Of a stretch of DNA of 32,000 bases, positions 17,997 to 27,487 are shown piece after piece. The position numbers and the translations under genes were made by a program. This stretch comes from Escherichia coli (lineage in GTDB: Bacteria > Pseudomonadota > Gammaproteobacteria > Enterobacterales > Enterobacteriaceae): assembly GCF_037560265.1 (NCBI RefSeq), contig NZ_CP148405.1; one strand, 5' to 3'. The first letter of the stretch is position 1; every line of letters begins with the position of its first letter. The notes beneath the pieces are model-generated. The model searched no databases, was not told the DNA's origin, and was given only the letters and a program-made list of their open reading frames with translations.

Positions 17997-19652
17997 TTAA
18001 ACGAAACGTCCTGGTCCCGGCGTTGGTGCGGCATTTGCAGTATTTACTGCGCTCCCGCCACTCCCCGTTAATCCACCCATACCTAAACGCAATCCAGCGC
18101 TGTTGTTTGTCAGAATCGCATAAGTACTTTGGATACCTTGCCCTGGAGTTCCCATTAACCTTCCGGTAACTTGGTTATTCCCTGAGAAATTTTGAATGAC
18201 GCTATAATTAGGATCTGCAGCGACCTCATCGTAAATATGCTCTTCTGCCTGACGAGCCGGTGAACTATTCCGAGCCTCCCCAACTTCAGCATATGGATTA
18301 ACCACTGCGCTAGAAGTATCTGACCAGTGTGTCGATGCCGTACTCCTCTGCGAATCACGTCTATTCAGAGATGTGTCTTCCGCTCTTATGGCATCAGTGC
18401 CACCTTGTGCTGGGGTATTCCCTCCGGTCTGCTGCTGCACTACCGTATGTGTTGTTGTTGTCGTTGTTTGTTCTGCCGGCTGATTTCGTCTATGAAGCGC
18501 AGTCGTTACACCAGCACCAATTCCCCCACCAACAATCAATGCACTGCTGAGGCTGTAACCAATACCCGATGAAAGCTCTAATTCCTCCTGACGTCTGGCA
18601 TACTGAGTATCATATCGCTGCTGCGCCTGTGCATTGCTTTCAACAGCCTGCTGTCTGGCCGCCTCACCCGCCTCTTTAGCTTGTTCTTCTATTTTAGCAA
18701 CAACATCATCTTTTAATTCCCCAGACGGAATAGAATTTCCGATCTCATCAATGCTAACTTTCTGGTTCTCAGGATTCTTGAATGCTTCTTGCGTTAACTG
18801 ATCTCTTGTCGCACTTTCTGCAGCACTTGCAGCCTGCTCAGGATCGGTGGTTGTAGGATCATCCGGTTCCGGTGTCAAAGCCAACGCCTGTGTAATACCA
18901 GTAGCCGCCAGCCCCGCTAAACCAGCAGCAATTGCGCCGATAGAAACCCAGAATTTAGGATCTGAACGAACGCTGGAAGCTGTTGATGAAGTACGAGTTT
19001 CGCTAACAACGCTATCATCCATTCCCGAAGCACTTCCAACACCAACAGAACGCGTATCAACGTCCCTGGCTTGACTTCCCCCATGATTGTTTGGGTCTAA
19101 TTTGGCCAGTATTTTCGCACGAGCTTCTGCGATATCTGATGCAGGAGTGACCATGGAATGCCCACCACCACCACGTCCCCCGGTAAAAACAAATCGGCCT
19201 TTATCCTCAATATCGATAGCTTGCAAGCTTTGCAATTCTTGAGAATTTAATATAACGCTAACCTCTACACCATTTTTTTCTCCAATAGCGGCATAAGAAC
19301 CATCTGACTGCTGTTCAATACGAAATGCAGAGGCTCCAATTTGCTTATTGAGAGTATCTAGTGGTCCCTTATCATGGAGAACTTCAAATCCTCCAAGCAA
19401 GCATATCTCTGATGTAGCAGTAGCAAGCCTCGATGGGTGTACAGGAAGTCCTGGAATATCTCTGGAATCGACAGAATCAGCTATAGAATTTCTCAGGGGA
19501 GAAAACAATAAACGAGATCCTAATGCTCCTGTAGAGTTAATTAGTTGACCCGCTCCTCCCCGTGACGCGCCGTCTGTTTGTGAAGGTAGTGGCGGCGCAG
19601 GCGGAATTAAATTATTGCTATTTACATTATTACCAAGGTTACCAATAGGCAT
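17997..19652 (-). CDS. tir: Translocated intimin receptor Tir, EPEC-like type with Tyr474 and the NPY454 motif
   Basis: 551 aa, MPIGNLGNNVNSNNLIPPAPPLPSQTDG.... Two transmembrane segments flank the intimin-binding domain. VVNPYAEV (Tyr454) and EEHIYDEV (Tyr474, codon 18231-18233) are present, and the C-terminus is GPGRFV. Confidence 0.95.
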   Translation of the reverse strand: MPIGNLGNNVNSNNLIPPAPPLPSQTDGASRGGAGQLINSTGALGSRLLFSPLRNSIADSVDSRDIPGLPVHPSRLATATSEICLLGGFEVLHDKGPLDTLNKQIGASAFRIEQQSDGSYAAIGEKNGVEVSVILNSQELQSLQAIDIEDKGRFVFTGGRGGGGHSMVTPASDIAEARAKILAKLDPNNHGGSQARDVDTRSVGVGSASGMDDSVVSETRTSSTASSVRSDPKFWVSIGAIAAGLAGLAATGITQALALTPEPDDPTTTDPEQAASAAESATRDQLTQEAFKNPENQKVSIDEIGNSIPSGELKDDVVAKIEEQAKEAGEAARQQAVESNAQAQQRYDTQYARRQEELELSSGIGYSLSSALIVGGGIGAGVTTALHRRNQPAEQTTTTTTHTVVQQQTGGNTPAQGGTDAIRAEDTSLNRRDSQRSTASTHWSDTSSAVVNPYAEVGEARNSSPARQAEEHIYDEVAADPNYSVIQNFSGNNQVTGRLMGTPGQGIQSTYAILTNNSAGLRLGMGGLTGSGGSAVNTANAAPTPGPGRFV

Positions 19653-19975
19653 ACATATATCCTTTTATTTAGAAATTTGACATTATCCTTTATCGACGTA
19701 ACGGTATGCGGCCGATAAAACAGCTGAGCATAAACCAAATAAATCACAGTCTAATTTTTGATGCAAGCAAAATAATGCCCCCCAAATGCATGTCTGTATT
19801 TCCAACTAAAAAAAATCACATAATCAAAATCATTATATAATTATCGCAAAAGTTAATTATAATTTTTATGTGCGAAAATTTAATTATGGATTAAAAAATA
19901 ATATTTTATTTTAAGCGCCTATAGGGACCTTTTTGCATCAAGAACAAACAAATAACAGAGCAGTAAGTCCCTCCC
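19653..19975 (-). promoter_or_regulatory. tir upstream region (LEE5 promoter / Ler-H-NS target region)
   Basis: 323-bp very AT-rich spacer between the map stop and the tir start. LEE5 is known to have its own Ler-activated promoter upstream of tir. One candidate on the minus strand is TTATAA-17 nt-TATAAT, but in such AT-rich DNA this is weak evidence. Confidence 0.5.
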
Positions 19976-20587
19976 CTACAGCCGAGTATCCTGCACATTT
20001 TCTGCAATCGCCCTCTGAGTTAGAGCCTTGATATCACTGACTTTCGCGGTGTTAAAATTCTGTTCAAAGATTTCGCGTGAGACCAGTTCAATCATCTTAG
20101 TCTGAGTGTTAAAACGAGTAATGGGATCCACGCCTTTACCACACTGCTCATCAACTTTCTGATTAAAATATTTATTGGATTGCAAAAAGTGACCAATTGA
20201 TGATTGTGCACAGTTCATATCGAGAGGCTGCTGTATCGCGCTTTCAACCGCTTTAAAAATGCGAAATTTAGTCTCCTTATTAATTACCGAATTATTACTC
20301 ATGCAATAGTCATCCACAGTTTTGTTTACTGTTCTGGATAAAAAAGTAATCTGCTCCTGCTTGAACCATTGCTGGGTATCGCTACTACCCGTTTGTTTGG
20401 CTACGGCCTGTAGTAGCTGGTTAGTCAGTTTGCCATGATTAATCATAAGGTTCGACTGCATAGCTGCGAACCTCATCCCATTGGCCCCCATGCCCGCTTG
20501 CGTCGCAGCCTTGGTTACTGCTGGTCTAAGAGTTTGTGTAACCGCCTGAGCTAACGCCCTACCTACCATTGCCGTTGGACTAAACAT
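19976..20587 (-). CDS. map: T3SS effector Map (WxxxE family Cdc42 GEF mimic)
   Basis: 203 aa with N-terminal MFSPTAMVGRALAQAV, a WxxxE motif (WFKQE) and the C-terminal PDZ-binding motif TRL. Confidence 0.93.
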   Translation of the reverse strand: MFSPTAMVGRALAQAVTQTLRPAVTKAATQAGMGANGMRFAAMQSNLMINHGKLTNQLLQAVAKQTGSSDTQQWFKQEQITFLSRTVNKTVDDYCMSNNSVINKETKFRIFKAVESAIQQPLDMNCAQSSIGHFLQSNKYFNQKVDEQCGKGVDPITRFNTQTKMIELVSREIFEQNFNTAKVSDIKALTQRAIAENVQDTRL

Positions 20588-20851
20588 GCAATAAACCTTT
20601 ATAAATCACATAAAAAATAACATTTATACCTATAAAACAAAATGAATAAATAAAGCTATAACATTATTTTATAACTTTAATTCTCCTCCAGCAATATTTA
20701 TGGGTGGTTGCACTACATTTATCATATGCTATCATAAGTATGCAACATTATTACTTACATGTTATATTGTTTCTCCTTGCTATTTGTGTAAGAGCTCACA
20801 AATCAATTACCTATAAACACGTCAGCGTTATAAGAATGACAGGACTACAAT
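20588..20851. promoter_or_regulatory. Divergent map / cesF control region
   Basis: 264-bp AT-rich spacer between divergent start codons. Both genes are described as separate transcription units in the LEE. No hexamers are assigned. Confidence 0.45.
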
Positions 20852-21214
20852 ATGAATGAACAATTTTGCAAAGATCTTGCACATACGTTTGGGATAACAC
20901 TGGAAGAGCAAACTGATGCCCTCGCTTTTCACGATAACGATGGTCATGAGTGGATACTCGAGTGCGCCCCTCAATCAGAAATTTTGTTTTTTTATTGTTA
21001 CCTATCAAACAACGAACCAGATCAAATCAATAAAATATTAAAAATAAATAATAACCGAGAAATGCTTGGTATGTTCTTTTTATCATCAAAAGATGATAAA
21101 ATCTTTTTAAATATTGCAATCCCCACCAATAAAATAGATATAACAGAATTTACTAATTTAATGGAAAACGGATATCTGGTAAAAAAAGAAATAATAAAAT
21201 CACTTTCACTTTGA
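20852..21214 (+). CDS. cesF: EspF chaperone CesF
   Basis: 120 aa, MNEQFCKDLAHTFGITLEEQTDALAFHDNDGHEWILE.... A small acidic class I chaperone-like protein in the expected place between espH and map, on the opposite strand. Confidence 0.88.
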   Translation: MNEQFCKDLAHTFGITLEEQTDALAFHDNDGHEWILECAPQSEILFFYCYLSNNEPDQINKILKINNNREMLGMFFLSSKDDKIFLNIAIPTNKIDITEFTNLMENGYLVKKEIIKSLSL

Positions 21215-21244
21215 TTTATTTGCTCTTTACTTCGGAAATTTATA

Positions 21245-21280
21245 ATATGAACTGGATGGTAGCATCCATTCAGTTCATAT
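21245..21280. terminator. Long hairpin between the convergent cesF and espH genes, possibly a bidirectional terminator
   Basis: ATATGAACTGGATGG (21245-21259) pairs with CCATTCAGTTCATAT (21266-21280) at 14 of 15 positions. U-tracts are poor on both strands. Confidence 0.4.
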
Positions 21281-21392
21281 TTCACAAAAAACTGCAGTGC
21301 TCTATCCTTGAAACACTTCAAAAAAATAATGAAACATCGCCCCAGAACAGAAAACATTCTGGGGAGAAAATGAAAATAACATAAAATAATAC

Positions 21393-21905
21393 TTAACCCA
21401 TCACGCCTGATAAAGAGTTGAATGTAGTATTCTCTGGAGGGTTCACACCTTCTGTAGACTGTACGCGACGTAACAAAGAAGAAAGCCCTCTTTCAGTTAA
21501 AAAGCCTTCCAGTGCAGTGCGAGGAAACCAGGTTGAAGAAAGTGGCGTAATGTGTCTCTCATTTAATTTACTTTCCAGGGCCTTCGTAACGCCTCCATAC
21601 AAAAAGCTAAATATCTTTGAGAAACATCCACTTTCCTGAGTTATCTTATGTACTTTGTATACATAATTATCATTCTCTTTAATGAAGCGGACAGCATACT
21701 CTTTTCCCCGAAAATTGATAACTGAATAGTCATCAATGTCTGGAAAAACCCGGTGGTGACGCTGCTGCATGCGTGCTTTAAGTTGCAGTTCATCTACTGT
21801 ATCATCATTCGATATATGAAGAGTTCGGGTCAACTTACTCCATGACGCTTGATTGCTTGTCAAAGAAGTCGCGAATGTTATACCTGATAATGATGACGAC
21901 ATCAT
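21393..21905 (-). CDS. espH: T3SS effector EspH
   Basis: MMSSSLSGITFATSLTSNQASWSKLTRTL.... The tandem ATGs at 21905 and 21902 are preceded by GGGAGG. The start at 21926 in the ORF track is an upstream GTG and is less likely. It is the last gene of LEE3. Confidence 0.88.
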   Translation of the reverse strand: MMSSSLSGITFATSLTSNQASWSKLTRTLHISNDDTVDELQLKARMQQRHHRVFPDIDDYSVINFRGKEYAVRFIKENDNYVYKVHKITQESGCFSKIFSFLYGGVTKALESKLNERHITPLSSTWFPRTALEGFLTERGLSSLLRRVQSTEGVNPPENTTFNSLSGVMG

Positions 21906-21932
21906 ACACCTCCCTATATAACGCACTCCTGA

Positions 21933-22850
21933 TTAATCACATACTACGCTAATAGTAAAATAAAAATCTTCGTTGATTTTTATAATACTTCCGTATGCTA
22001 TTGTGATATTATTCCGTACTAACTGGCACCCACCCAAAAGATGATATCCCGTTGAATCGATAATGTCATCTTTTTGGACATTACGCAACATATGTATATC
22101 AACATTTATTGTGCCAATCGCACAATAAATGCGATTCATTACAGTCTCGCTGCTGATAGTACATAACGGATCTGCGGCCTGAACATCCGTAATAGATAAG
22201 TTATTATCGCTCAACTTTACGGTTGCCAAAGGGTTATTAATAACAAGCCAACACCTTCTCTCTTGACTATCATCAACATGATAGAGTCTCAGACTATCAC
22301 CAACTCTCAACTCTGTAACCGGATAATCAGTCCACCCAGGTACGATATAGCCATCAAAAAAAAGCGTATTAGAATGTGGAACAAATTGCCAATTATCATT
22401 AATCAGATATTGTAAACTTTGTACCGTTGTTTCGAGTATAATTACATTAAGTCTGTTTTTTCCATTATTATTTTCTATTACCGGATAAACATCTTTATTT
22501 AGCATCGTAAATTGAACATCATCAACTGACACATCACCTTCCGGTAAGGCAGTCTGCATTACCCATAAGATCATGAGTTTTATCGTATCTTCCGGTATCA
22601 GCCGGCTTTCGCTATACGGGAATAACTCCTGGCACCACTGAATGAACTGTTCTTCTGATATCCAAAAACGCCCCTCATAGCCCGAGTATGTCAACGTGAA
22701 ACGAATACCATGACCGCTGACTTCACGAAAATATGCATGGCACGCATGACCTTCGGACGTAATATAGAGGCGACCGGTTCCGATGACTGGCAACAATGGC
22801 AAATAAAAATCGTTAATTTTCATATTCAATTGTGAACTCAATGGTTTCAT
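21933..22850 (-). CDS. escQ: T3SS cytoplasmic sorting-platform protein SepQ/EscQ (SctQ)
   Basis: 305 aa with a C-terminal SpoA-like region (GYHLLGGCQLVRNNITIAYGSIIKINEDFYF). Its position after escP matches the LEE3 order. Confidence 0.9.
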   Translation of the reverse strand: MKPLSSQLNMKINDFYLPLLPVIGTGRLYITSEGHACHAYFREVSGHGIRFTLTYSGYEGRFWISEEQFIQWCQELFPYSESRLIPEDTIKLMILWVMQTALPEGDVSVDDVQFTMLNKDVYPVIENNNGKNRLNVIILETTVQSLQYLINDNWQFVPHSNTLFFDGYIVPGWTDYPVTELRVGDSLRLYHVDDSQERRCWLVINNPLATVKLSDNNLSITDVQAADPLCTISSETVMNRIYCAIGTINVDIHMLRNVQKDDIIDSTGYHLLGGCQLVRNNITIAYGSIIKINEDFYFTISVVCD

Positions 22851-23229
22851 CAGGAAAGATTTCTTTTAACTTATCGAAAACATAGTCTTTTTTATGATAT
22901 AAAAAAACATGATTTCTATTATTGGGGCTTACTGTAATAGACAGATAAATGATTCCGTTACTACATTTAATTGTTAAAACAATTCCTCGTAATCTTCCAC
23001 AAAGAATACTAAACGACTGCTCCCCTTCTTCAAAGTAGCGTCGTCGTCGGCCCGAGGAGTAAAACAATCTCTTCCATAAAGAAGCCATTCGTATGAACAA
23101 CGTATCAGGCGATCTTTTTTTTATATGATTAAAAATATCATTAAAACTTTCTTCTCCTTGCGGCCAATCATCTGATGGCCGAAAAGAAACAGGCTCTATC
23201 AAATTTCTTTTTAGAGAAACTCTAGTCAA
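22813..23229 (-). CDS. escP: T3SS needle-length/substrate-switch protein EscP (Orf16, SctP)
   Basis: 138 aa. The only start that gives the full-length ORF is a TTG at 23229, overlapping the escO stop (TTTGACTAG). Its 3' end overlaps the sepQ start by 38 nt. Confidence 0.8.
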   Translation of the reverse strand: MTRVSLKRNLIEPVSFRPSDDWPQGEESFNDIFNHIKKRSPDTLFIRMASLWKRLFYSSGRRRRYFEEGEQSFSILCGRLRGIVLTIKCSNGIIYLSITVSPNNRNHVFLYHKKDYVFDKLKEIFPDETIEFTIEYEN

Positions 23230-23599
23230 AGTAATGTTCCTTTATGGCAAAAGATAATTTTTCTACTGATTTATTAACATGTTGCAGATTCTCTTTTGTT
23301 CGTTTTTGTGAATCTAGCAATGAACGTTTCTCCTTCGAAATGGAGGATTTTTTCTCATACAATCGCTGCTTTTGCTCATCAAATGCATTGTTTTTAATCT
23401 GATATTTATACAACGACACTTTATCCAAATTCACCAGCGATGCACAATACGCCTGCTTAGAGGCAATCGACTCTTTAATGGATTGCTCGCAGTCATCGAG
23501 TTTACCATCCACCTCTTTTATCTGAGAGTTAATCTTAGCCATTGATTCTCTCAATCGGTTCGCTCTGCTTTTACGAATAGATAAAATTCTGTCCAACAT
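23222..23599 (-). CDS. escO: T3SS stalk protein EscO (Orf15, FliJ/SctO analogue)
   Basis: 125 aa, predicted all coiled-coil (MLDRILSIRKSRANRLRESMAKINSQIKEV...), starting 2 nt after the escN stop. Confidence 0.85.
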   Translation of the reverse strand: MLDRILSIRKSRANRLRESMAKINSQIKEVDGKLDDCEQSIKESIASKQAYCASLVNLDKVSLYKYQIKNNAFDEQKQRLYEKKSSISKEKRSLLDSQKRTKENLQHVNKSVEKLSFAIKEHYFD

Positions 23600-23601
23600 A
23601 C

Positions 23602-24942
23602 TCAGGCAACCACTTTGAATAGGTTTTCAATCGTTTTTTCGTAACTACTGATATCTTTGGTGCTTTGCTGTATAAAGCTCTGAATTAATTTCCTATTTTT
23701 TATTGCCTTATCCGCTTCAGGATCTTGCCCCATCGTGTACTCACCAATACGAATAAGCAGCTCAACATTGTTATAAGTCGCAATAAGCTTTTTGCATTCT
23801 GCCGCCGCACGCAAATGCTCCGATGTAACAACGTTATGCATAACACGACTGGCACTTAAACCAATATCAATTGCAGGGAAATGGTTTTCCTCTGCAAGTT
23901 CTCGGGTAAGTACGATATGCCCATCAAGAATAGAGCGGACTTCATCGCCAATAGGATCATTAACATTATCGCTTTCTAACAACACCGTATAAATCGCGGT
24001 TATTGAACCTTTTGGCGCAGGCCCCGCTCGCTCTAATAATTTAGGTAACGAGGAAAAAACACTCGGAGGGAATCCCCCCCTTACATCAGGTTCTCCCGAT
24101 GCAAGCCCAACATCACGCGCGGCTCGGGCATAACGAGTTACAGAATCCATCATTAATAATACATTTTTACCCTGATCGCGGAAGTACTCTGCAATAGTCG
24201 TCGCCGTAAATGCGGCTTTCATCCTTTCCAGTGCGGGGCGGTCTGACGTTGTGACGACCAGCACACATTTAGAAAGCGTGGATTGAGGTAAAAGCGCGAG
24301 GAATTCATTTACTTCGCGACCACGTTCGCCGATAAGAGCAAGGACAATAATATCTGCGGATGCGCCATTACAAATCATCCCCAAAAGCGTACTTTTACCA
24401 ACGCCTGAACCGGCAAAAATACCGATACGCTGCCCAATACCGCAAGTTAGTAACCCATCAATTGCCCTGACGCCAAGTATAAATGGCTGATCAATAACCT
24501 GCCTTAATAAAGGATCTGGTGGTTCAGCATACAAGCTGCGTTCAAACGGAAGATAGGGGGCAGCAATATTACTCTCCATTGGTCTGCCAATGCCATCAAC
24601 AAGCCGCCCAAGTAGTGCGTCTCCAACACGAATCTTGAACTCATCCCCCTGATAACTTAACCACTGACCACAGTACATGCCGGAAACATGCTCAAAAGGC
24701 AACAGGAAAACCTCATCTTCATCAATAGCGATCACCTCGGCTAAACGTTGACTGGGTTCTATCTTGTAAAAGGCGCCAATACGCGCTTTTGGTAAACGCG
24801 CCTTAATAATCGTCCCGCCGATATTGGTAATTTTACCTTCATATCTGGTAGACGAATTTAATGATAATGCCGGCACAGTGCTATTGAGCACTTTCTGAAT
24901 ACGTGGGTATCTTTCCAATACAGAATCATGCTCTGAAATCAT
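23602..24942 (-). CDS. escN: T3SS ATPase EscN (SctN)
   Basis: 446 aa with Walker A GSGVGKST and Walker B LLMMDSVTR, showing F1/FliI-like sequence throughout. Confidence 0.97.
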   Translation of the reverse strand: MISEHDSVLERYPRIQKVLNSTVPALSLNSSTRYEGKITNIGGTIIKARLPKARIGAFYKIEPSQRLAEVIAIDEDEVFLLPFEHVSGMYCGQWLSYQGDEFKIRVGDALLGRLVDGIGRPMESNIAAPYLPFERSLYAEPPDPLLRQVIDQPFILGVRAIDGLLTCGIGQRIGIFAGSGVGKSTLLGMICNGASADIIVLALIGERGREVNEFLALLPQSTLSKCVLVVTTSDRPALERMKAAFTATTIAEYFRDQGKNVLLMMDSVTRYARAARDVGLASGEPDVRGGFPPSVFSSLPKLLERAGPAPKGSITAIYTVLLESDNVNDPIGDEVRSILDGHIVLTRELAEENHFPAIDIGLSASRVMHNVVTSEHLRAAAECKKLIATYNNVELLIRIGEYTMGQDPEADKAIKNRKLIQSFIQQSTKDISSYEKTIENLFKVVA

Positions 24943-26953
24943 TTACCGTTCCTAATACTTTAAGTTCGATATTATTCCCAACCTCCTGAAAAGAGAGCAC
25001 GGGTACTGACGGGAACGAACCTTCAATCATTTTCTTCACATAGCGCCTGATATCTAAAGCAGTCAGAATGACGCCGTTCCCCGTTGGATTCATGATATTT
25101 TTTAAGAAGCCAATTATCTGCTCACTTCGCTCCGGTGAGATATTCAGATACGAGCCTGATGACGTTTGTCTGATCGACTCTCGTAGCTCATTTTCAATAT
25201 CAGAGCCAATAAGCCAAACGTTCAGAAGTGTACCGCGAACGCTATAGCGACCTAAAATATGCCGACGCAGGGCGATACGAACGTATTCGCACAAGATAAC
25301 CACATCTTTTTCTTTTGTTGACCAAAAAATAAGCGTTTCAAAGATAGTTCTCAGATCCCTAATTGAGATATTTTCCTCTACGAGACGTTGGAGAATGTCA
25401 ACAATTTTGCTCAAACCAAGCTGGCGCTGCAGCTCTTTCACAAGCTCGTTATATTTTCTCTCCATGATGTCCATCAAATAACGCGTTTCTTGTACGCCGA
25501 TGAACTCTTTGGCATTAGACAATACAAGTTTCTTTAGCAAAAACGTTATCTTATCATTTGTTGTTGCATAAACATCCATACCTGAAAGGTGAGCTAGTTG
25601 TTGGTTAGCCTCATTCGTTTTATATACGATAGAGTTAGTCGAAAGCTTTTCCTGAACAAATTCGAATGAGATCTCTGCATGCCCAGCCTCAAAATAGACA
25701 GTATCATCTATAAGAGTATCTTTGTATATTGACTCTTGATAGAGCAAAAATTCTATTGCGCTATCATTATTTTTAACCGGATTGACAATAATCTTAGGCA
25801 ATGGAATTCCACTTTCCTCAAAGAAATTCCACCGCATGACCTCAATTTGCTGTGCAATGTCTGAACTATAAATATTATTACTTAAGTTTAAAATCAACGG
25901 CTCGGCGCCTGGTGAGATGTTTTGGCTATTAGACAAATCAGCTCCCATAGCATCCTTATTATTGCCAGTTCCAAATGTTCTTTTCTTCTGTAATTTCCAA
26001 GCTATCCCCAACAGGCAAACCGCCAGAAATAAGAAGACCAATGTAGGAAAGCCCGGAATAATCGCCATTACGAGCATTAGTGCGGCACTGATTAAAAAAG
26101 GGCGACTATTAACAGAAACCTGTTGAACAATATCACCTGCAAGGTTTTCTTCTTTTTCGCTTTCACCGGGCACACGAGTAACAACCACGCCCGCGGTGAC
26201 AGAGATAATAAGTGCAGGGATCTGGGCAACCAAAGCATCACCGACAGACAATACAGAAAACAGGCTAAGTGCCTCACTAAATGGCATATCAAATTGCCAC
26301 ATACCAATGAGCACGCCACCAAACAGGTTAACTAAAACAATAATGATACCGGCAATAGCGTCCCCTTTTACAAACTTCATCGCCCCGTCCATTGAACCAT
26401 AAAACTGGCTTTCCTTTTGCACTCGGGAACGAAGAACTTTTGCCTCAAGCGGGTCAATAACGCCTGCGCGCATATCACCATCAATACTCATTTGTTTTCC
26501 TGGCATACCATCAAGGGAAAAACGAGCACTTACTTCAGCAACACGCTCGGCCCCTTTTGTAATAACCATAAATTGAACAATGGTGATAATAGTAAAAATA
26601 ACCAGGCCAACAACAATATTACCGCCAACAACAAAGTTACCGAAGGAGTAAATAATGTCACCCGCATCGTGATGCAGCAGAATAAGTCTGGTTGTACTAA
26701 CACTGAGCGACAGGCGCATCAACGTCGTAATCAACAGGATTGTGGGGAAAGAAGTTAGTTCAAGAGGATTTTTTATATAGATTGAGAGCATTAATAAAAG
26801 TAAAGCTGTCGAAATATTAATCGCGATAATGATATCCACCACAACTGTTGGTAGTGGAATAATCATCATCATTACAGCCATAAAGAAGAAGAGAGCCAGA
26901 ATAAGATCGTGATATGACTCTGCTTTTTTAAATATATTTAAGAGTTTATTCAT
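24926..26953 (-). CDS. escV: T3SS export-gate protein EscV (SctV, FlhA family)
   Basis: 675 aa with an N-terminal polytopic membrane domain containing FHIPEP-type motifs (GGNIVVGLVIF, KFVKGDAIAGIII) and a C-terminal cytoplasmic domain. Confidence 0.97.
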   Translation of the reverse strand: MNKLLNIFKKAESYHDLILALFFFMAVMMMIIPLPTVVVDIIIAINISTALLLLMLSIYIKNPLELTSFPTILLITTLMRLSLSVSTTRLILLHHDAGDIIYSFGNFVVGGNIVVGLVIFTIITIVQFMVITKGAERVAEVSARFSLDGMPGKQMSIDGDMRAGVIDPLEAKVLRSRVQKESQFYGSMDGAMKFVKGDAIAGIIIVLVNLFGGVLIGMWQFDMPFSEALSLFSVLSVGDALVAQIPALIISVTAGVVVTRVPGESEKEENLAGDIVQQVSVNSRPFLISAALMLVMAIIPGFPTLVFLFLAVCLLGIAWKLQKKRTFGTGNNKDAMGADLSNSQNISPGAEPLILNLSNNIYSSDIAQQIEVMRWNFFEESGIPLPKIIVNPVKNNDSAIEFLLYQESIYKDTLIDDTVYFEAGHAEISFEFVQEKLSTNSIVYKTNEANQQLAHLSGMDVYATTNDKITFLLKKLVLSNAKEFIGVQETRYLMDIMERKYNELVKELQRQLGLSKIVDILQRLVEENISIRDLRTIFETLIFWSTKEKDVVILCEYVRIALRRHILGRYSVRGTLLNVWLIGSDIENELRESIRQTSSGSYLNISPERSEQIIGFLKNIMNPTGNGVILTALDIRRYVKKMIEGSFPSVPVLSFQEVGNNIELKVLGTVNDFRA

Positions 26954-27303
26954 GATGTCATCCTGCGAACGCGCTCAATAATCTGCACATGTTGTTGAAA
27001 AGTATTCATTAGAAAAAAAACATCGATATTGGTTAACAAACAACTTAAGCACAATTTATTATCGTAGACAAAAATATGTTCAATCACTCCCTGCGTACGC
27101 TCAGGAGCAAGGGCACTAAAGAAAGAGAAAAATGCGTTTTCGTTATACTCTAAAGCAAACGTAACAAAAACATTATTATCAATTATTTCAATAAAAAAAG
27201 AAAACCCATTAAAATCAATTTCAACACGGTTATCAAATAAATAAAAATCATTTCCCAACAATCTTAAAAACTCTTCAACGTTTCTTTTAACTAAAAGATT
27301 CAT
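26950..27303 (-). CDS. cesL: Orf12 / CesL, SepL-binding chaperone-like protein
   Basis: 117 aa, the first gene of LEE3, with an ATGA overlap onto the escV start. Sequence MNLLVKRNVEEFLRLLGNDFYLFDNRVEIDF is recognised as Orf12. Confidence 0.8.
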   Translation of the reverse strand: MNLLVKRNVEEFLRLLGNDFYLFDNRVEIDFNGFSFFIEIIDNNVFVTFALEYNENAFFSFFSALAPERTQGVIEHIFVYDNKLCLSCLLTNIDVFFLMNTFQQHVQIIERVRRMTS

Positions 27304-27487
27304 CTGCAGGCTCTGAAGTAAGTATACGTGTGAATATTATTGCTTGAAAAAGCGTATTGGATAATATATACAGTATATGTACTTTATGTACATTGCAACT
27401 ATTTAAATAATATAATAGTTGCCTATGGGATAATTTGGTTATTTATAACCAAGTAAATGTCTAAATTAGACAAAAGGAGAAAGATCA
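27304..27487. promoter_or_regulatory. Divergent LEE2 / LEE3 promoter region
   Basis: 184-bp AT-rich spacer between divergent cesL and espZ. In the LEE this region is known to hold back-to-back Ler-dependent LEE2 and LEE3 promoters. A candidate plus-strand promoter is TTGAAA-17 nt-TATACA near 27340-27370. It also holds the short palindromes ATATACAGTATAT and ATGTAC-5 nt-GTACAT. Confidence 0.6.

Noticed and set aside
20782-20803. 7-bp inverted repeat ATTTGTG-8 nt-CACAAAT in the map/cesF spacer as a candidate operator
   Set aside because: It is short, lies in very AT-rich DNA and matches no regulator motif that I recognise. The evidence is insufficient to call a binding site.
21022-21357. 111-aa minus-strand ORF overlapping cesF and the cesF-espH spacer
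   Set aside because: It overlaps the well-supported cesF on the opposite strand, and its Ile/Phe/Lys-rich translation reflects AT-rich DNA. No such gene exists in LEE maps.
24074-24080. C7 run (G7 on the coding strand) inside escN as a possible phase-variation switch
   Set aside because: It encodes the conserved RGGFPP segment, and seven nucleotides is short for efficient slippage. There is no evidence for an off-phase frame.
26417-26758. 113-aa plus-strand ORF, with 25917-26126, 26092-26322, 26123-26335 and 26196-26402 nearby
   Set aside because: All lie inside escV on the opposite strand or in an alternative frame. escV is unambiguous, so these are shadow ORFs.
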